From the NCBI GenBank assembly GCA_000004985.1, contig GG739456.1: a DNA stretch of 1,286 nucleotides. The stretch is one strand, 5' to 3'. Every line of letters starts with the position of its first letter. Within the stretch, counting starts at the first letter, position 1. The stretch is from Naegleria gruberi. Lineage: Eukaryota. The notes under the pieces are model-generated. The model worked only from the letters and a program-made list of their open reading frames with translations, was not told the DNA's origin and made no database searches. Shown one piece after another: positions 1-1,286 of the stretch. The translations under genes were made by a program, and so were the position numbers.

Positions 1-99
1 CCAGCATTTTCACCACTAGATATTGATTCCCAACCAGCAATATTCACCGTTGAGTTGAAATTATATGTAAGTTTTCGTCTAATGGTTGATCCAATTTAA
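1..99 (+). CDS. Possible 3' end (last 32 codons plus stop) of an upstream gene on the + strand: ...PAFSPLDIDSQPAIFTVELKLYVSFRLMVDPI*
   Basis: Frame 1 is open from the window edge to TAA at 97-99. The antisense frame (first codon base at 59, 56, ...) is also open across 1-95 but has no ATG, as is typical opposite a real coding strand. Two simultaneously open frames over ~95 nt in 30%-GC DNA is unlikely by chance (~0.07 each). Codons are yeast-like (CCA, GAT, CAA, TTG, GTT, ATT). The downstream gene lies in tandem orientation with a ~900-bp spacer, which is normal for yeast. Only 33 codons are visible, so this is tentative. Confidence 0.3.
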   Translation, partial: PAFSPLDIDSQPAIFTVELKLYVSFRLMVDPI

Positions 100-178
100 T
101 GATTGCTAATTGTTTTAATATTGAACTCGAGATGTATCATCTACCAATGAATTTCCAGCCATCAGTTGTCCAGACCAA

Positions 179-200
179 TTGTTGAAATAATTCCACTACT
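179..200 (+). repeat. Copy A of a diverged ~22-bp direct repeat (ttgttgaaataattccactact); its partner is at 312-333.
   Basis: 18/22 identical to 312-333 (tagttgaaatgataccactagt). Both are preceded by CCAAT (175-179; 304-308). The shared core is GTTGAAAT-N5-CCACTA. Confidence 0.5.
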
Positions 201-311
201 ATTTAAAATGAATCTACTTCAATGATTATTATCATTCAAGTCAATAGTGATACCATTGGGAGCATTTAATTTGGAAGTATTAGCCTAAACACTCACACCT
301 GCTCCAATAAC

Positions 312-333
312 TAGTTGAAATGATACCACTAGT
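312..333 (+). repeat. Copy B of the ~22-bp direct repeat (tagttgaaatgataccactagt), immediately followed by a third ACTAGTTGAAA copy (328-338).
   Basis: Seen in sequence. AACTAGTTGAAA at 309-320 and ACTAGTTGAAA at 328-338 form an 11-bp local direct repeat with 19-bp period. The ACTAGT palindrome occurs twice. Confidence 0.5.
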
Positions 334-692
334 TGAAACCTTTGTGATAGAATAATTTTGGATGAAGACATCACTTCAACTATTTAAAGCAACAATTAGG
401 AGGAAATCACCATCATCTAATTATTTAACTGATTGTGATTTCACTATCCAATTATTCAACTGTATTGGAGTTTATTGAATTTATTTGGAGTTTAAGGTAC
501 GTTTAAAGAATTGTAATTTTTCATATTTATAACTGGTTATCAATATATCAATACTCATAGCTTATCAATTTTAAGGATTTGTGGATTGGATTAATTGAAA
601 GTGGTGAAATCACTGAATTTTATGAGGATGATGATTATGATAAATTGATTGGACTTGTGGATATGATTGCTTGGATAAAGTGATGTGAATAA

Positions 693-786
693 TTAATATT
701 AATTATTAACGAGTAATGATAATAATTTAATATTAATTATTAATATTAATTATTGGCGAATTAGCATTAATAATTAATATTAATTA
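693..786. repeat. AT-rich palindromic repeat array. The 13-mer TTAATATTAATTA occurs 4 times (693-705, 727-739, 740-752, 774-786); the 17-mer TTAATATTAATTATTAA is exact at 693-709 and 727-743. The arrangement is symmetric: 13-mer, 21-bp spacer, 13-mer 13-mer, 21-bp spacer, 13-mer.
   Basis: Read directly from the sequence. Copy-start spacings are 34, 13 and 34 bp. The two 21-bp spacers (706-726 ttaacgagtaatgataataat; 753-773 ttggcgaattagcattaataa) are ~50% identical, and each carries a small CG-containing island, giving a ~34-bp higher-order unit. Each 13-mer contains the palindromes ATTAAT and TAATATTA. Degenerate TTAAT/ATTAAT copies continue to ~937 (862-873 ttaattattaat, 891-936). Confidence 0.85.
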
Positions 787-804
787 ATGACGTTAAAATA
801 ACGC

Positions 805-861
805 ATTAAAAGTCGATTTTCTCACGAACAAGGTTTAACGTTTTTATTAACGACTTTTCAT
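805..861. repeat. Imperfect inverted repeat: attaaaagtcg (805-815) versus cgacttttcat (851-861), 10/11 complementary, arms separated by 35 bp.
   Basis: Seen in sequence. The loop region (816-850) contains atttTCTCACGAACAAGGtttaacgtttttattaa with direct TTAACG repeats (836-841, 848-853), and a small hairpin cgtta-aaa-taacg lies at 791-803. It sits in the relatively GC-containing part of the upstream AT-rich tract, ~150-200 bp before the ATG. Confidence 0.6.
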
Positions 862-1009
862 TAATTATTAATAAAATTGACTTGATTGAATGTTAATATT
901 TGTCATTAAAAATTAATAAAAATCATTAGCAATTAATGTAAAAACAATTTAGCGGGTATTTGGTGAGAACCTTTTTGATCCAAGCAAAATCTTCCATGGT
1001 TTTAAAAAA
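860..1009 (+). promoter_or_regulatory. Presumed core promoter / 5' leader of the ORF at 1010. A-T tracts include the TATA-like TAATAAAAA (914-922, ~90 bp upstream of the ATG) and the forkhead-like GTAAAAACA (937-945).
   Basis: Assigned by position only, as the region immediately 5' of the first in-frame ATG. No canonical TATAAA is present, and the TSS cannot be determined from the sequence. Confidence 0.3.
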
Positions 1010-1079
1010 ATGTCATCAAACCAAATTGAACAAGAATCGAAGAAACTTGATGACGATAGTTTTCCCATTCAATCATTGA
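996..1079 (+). other. Upstream ATG (996-998, within CCATGG) opening a 27-codon uORF in a different frame that overlaps the main start codon and ends at TGA 1077-1079.
   Basis: ATG GTT TTA AAA AAA TGT CAT CAA ACC AAA TTG AAC AAG AAT CGA AGA AAC TTG ATG ACG ATA GTT TTC CCA TTC AAT CAT TGA. The uATG context is poor (T at -3), whereas the main ATG has A at -3. Whether the uATG is transcribed depends on the TSS position. Confidence 0.3.
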
Positions 1080-1286
1080 TGGATTTATATAAATCAAATG
1101 GTGAATTATTGGAAAGTGAAAAAATGGCAATTTTAAACATTTTAATTCTATTGTTGATTTTTACTATTGGATGTCTTATTGGATCTGTTGTGTTTGCTCC
1201 ATTGTTTGGATTTATGAAAGGAAACAAAATTAATCCAGTTTCTAATATTCTACACCATAAAGAAATGACTTATGAATTTGTGACGC
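1010..1286 (+). CDS. 5' portion (92 codons) of a protein-coding gene, truncated by the window end. Product: hypothetical single-pass membrane protein with an acidic ~39-aa N-terminal region followed by a ~29-residue hydrophobic helix (AILNILILLLIFTIGCLIGSVVFAPLFGF, nt 1127-1213).
   Basis: ATG at 1010-1012 sits in a strong yeast-type context (aaaaaaATGtc, A at -3). It is the first in-frame ATG after an in-frame TAG at 950-952. The frame stays open for 92 codons to the window end. Translation: MSSNQIEQESKKLDDDSFPIQSLMDLYKSNGELLESEKMAILNILILLLIFTIGCLIGSVVFAPLFGFMKGNKINPVSNILHHKEMTYEFVT. Codon usage is AT3-biased and yeast-like (TTG, TTA, CCA, GGT, GGA, AAA). The hydrophobic stretch is a clear TM/signal-anchor segment. 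No family was recognised from the sequence alone. Confidence 0.75.
   Translation, partial: MSSNQIEQESKKLDDDSFPIQSLMDLYKSNGELLESEKMAILNILILLLIFTIGCLIGSVVFAPLFGFMKGNKINPVSNILHHKEMTYEFVT

Noticed and set aside
1-95. Open antisense frame (codon starts at 59, 56, ... reading leftward: ...IGSTIRRKLTYNFNSTVNIAGWESISSGENAG) as a minus-strand gene.
   Set aside because: It has no ATG and opens directly after a stop at 98-96, so it would need an upstream exon. I found no minus-strand splice signals (ACTTAC/ACATAC or GTTAGTA on the + strand). More likely it is the chance-open antisense of a + strand coding segment.
132-185. Short + strand ORF ATG 132 ... TGA 183-185 (MYHLPMNFQPSVVQTNC).
   Set aside because: It is only 17 codons with a poor start context. 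This is consistent with random ORFs in 3' flank or intergenic DNA.
180-394. TGTTG (180-184) ... CAACA (390-394) as termini of a solo retrotransposon LTR.
   Set aside because: The flanking 5 bp (ccaat vs attag) are not a target-site duplication. The internal sequence shows no LTR-like U3/R/U5 features, and the termini are just 5-mers common in AT-rich DNA.
620-690. Box C-like ATGATGA (628-634) and TGATGTGA (681-688), suggesting a C/D snoRNA.
   Set aside because: There is no box D (CTGA) within 60-150 nt downstream on the + strand, and no terminal stem. The GATGAT run is more simply an imperfect (GAT)n microsatellite.
681-690. TGATGT half-site resembling the yeast a1-alpha2 haploid-specific operator.
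   Set aside because: It is only a single half-site. No partner TACATCA/CATGT element is present at the required spacing.
100-700. tRNA gene search (A box TRGCNNAGTGG, B box GGTTCGANTCC) on both strands.
   Set aside because: There is no GTTCGA/TCGAAC B-box-like sequence anywhere in the window. CTCGAG at 126-131 and CACGAAC at 824-830 do not fit.
805-861. Inverted repeat as a transcription terminator hairpin.
   Set aside because: The loop is 35 nt and there is no downstream T-run in a prokaryotic sense. The context is eukaryotic and upstream of a gene, so it is more likely a protein-binding or structural promoter element.
690-940. AT-rich repeat tract as a CRISPR-like array or as an S. cerevisiae-type ARS consensus.
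   Set aside because: The repeats are 13-bp pure A/T units at irregular 13/34-bp spacing, not 24-48-bp repeats with unique spacers. By eye I found no perfect 11/11 match to WTTTAYRTTTW. Origin function remains only a weak possibility, noted in the findings.

Overview
This 1286-bp window is AT-rich (roughly 30% GC) and reads as eukaryotic nuclear DNA rather than a prokaryotic locus. The codon usage (TTG/TTA Leu, CCA Pro, GGT/GGA Gly, no CTG), the A-rich context before the start codon and splice-signal-like hexamers suggest an ascomycete budding yeast, possibly a CTG-clade Candida-like species. No operon, defence system or CRISPR array is evident. What I can support: (i) one well-defined + strand ORF starting at 1010 and running off the 3' end of the window, encoding an acidic N-terminus followed by a single strong transmembrane segment, with no confident homology call; (ii) a probable C-terminal fragment of an upstream + strand gene ending at TAA 97-99; (iii) a ~900-bp ORF-free intergenic region that holds a symmetric array of a 13-mer AT-palindromic repeat (TTAATATTAATTA, 4 copies, 693-786), an 11-bp inverted repeat (805-815/851-861), a diverged ~22-bp direct repeat built on a GTTGAAA..CCACTA core, a clustered GTTGAA hexamer (6 copies in 54-460), and an out-of-frame upstream ATG/uORF overlapping the main start codon. 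I found no tRNA, rRNA, convincing snoRNA or transposon. The most unusual object here is the ATTAAT-palindrome repeat array 224-317 bp upstream of the ORF, which could be a regulatory or nucleosome-excluding element, a minisatellite, or an origin-like sequence.
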